Assembly (NCBI RefSeq): GCF_009914755.1
Contig: NC_060929.1
Direction: 5' to 3' (one strand)
Origin: the human T2T-CHM13v2.0 reference genome, Homo sapiens
DNA: 64,000 bases
Shown: piece by piece, positions 63,291 to 64,000 of the stretch
How the letters are laid out: every line of letters begins with the position of its first letter
Position numbering within the stretch: position 1 is the stretch's first letter
Position numbers and translations under genes: made by a program
Notes under the pieces: generated by a model
The model's input: the letters and a program-made list of their open reading frames with translations, nothing else
What the model was told of the DNA's origin: nothing
The model's database searches: none

Positions 63291-64000
63291 TGGAGCCCCT
63301 GGAAGGTAGAAACAGGACTGAGATAAGAACTGGAGGCTCCAGGCTCACAAGTTTTATGGTTCTGTGCCAGCCATGGTGTGCAGGCTCTTCCGTCCTGGAG
63401 ACCTTATGCTGAGTCACCAGGTCAGTTATGGGAGGTGCCACACTGGCCCCTGGACACGTTGTCCTCACACTCAAAACCTGGCAAGGGACAAGCTCTCGAA
63501 GGCCAAAGGAGTCCCCAGGAGCAGAGAGACCAGACAGTATTGAGATGGAGAGTGGCCCTCTCCCTTCCCTTTAGCCACCATGACTCATACAAGCTTAGTC
63601 AGTCATGAATCAGCCCTACAAGCCCAGAAGAAGGGCTCAGTAAGGCCTAAGGCTAATTTTGAAATCATTATTATTAATTTTTAATTATACAAGAACTCAT
63701 GAATACATTTTCCTGGTTAAAAAATAAATACATAAACTAAAACATGGTCCCTATAGCTAATGTCCCCATAGACTCCTCTCTAATCCTGTCATCTTGTCAT
63801 CACCCCCCAACTTCTATCCCACTATTACTAGTAGTTCAGTGAATAGCCTTCCAGACAATTTTTTTTTTTGTGAGACAGAGACTCACTCTGTCGCCAACCA
63901 TTTCTTATTCCATAAAAGGCATCCCTCACCAGACAACAAGTCTTGAATAGTCCAGGTTACTACATAAATATGCACCCCATTTTTCAAATTGCTGTGTAAT

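Overview
Primate (probably human or great ape) nuclear DNA, intergenic or intronic. I found no recognisable protein-coding exon, CpG island, tRNA/rRNA or CRISPR array. Well over half of the window is transposable elements, often nested: L1s of several ages (L1MA5-, L1M1-, L1PB1-, L1PA-like), Alus, a complete THE1A retroelement, MST/THE1D, MER21, MER57, LTR16, LTR33 and LTR54-like LTRs, Tigger3, MER2, MER63, MER20, MER5, MIR and L2. There is also one tailless 7SK retropseudogene. Almost all listed ORFs are repeat-derived or chance. The main structure not explained by repeats is an ancient direct duplication about 53 kb apart: copy A is ~140-3720 plus ~12490-13690 (split by a later L1), and copy B is ~54900-58315. 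Most of the duplicate is strongly diverged, but a 309-bp gapless tract differs at only 12 positions, which looks like non-allelic gene conversion. Both copies keep an AP-1 site that doubles as a splice donor, a CTCF-like motif, a GATA block and two candidate minus-strand micro-exons. Several insertions are mechanistically atypical (tailless L1 and Alu fragments, a short 3' transduction). I see no evidence for a new protein-coding system. Subfamily names come from recalled consensus sequences and most boundaries are approximate; RepeatMasker/Dfam should confirm them.
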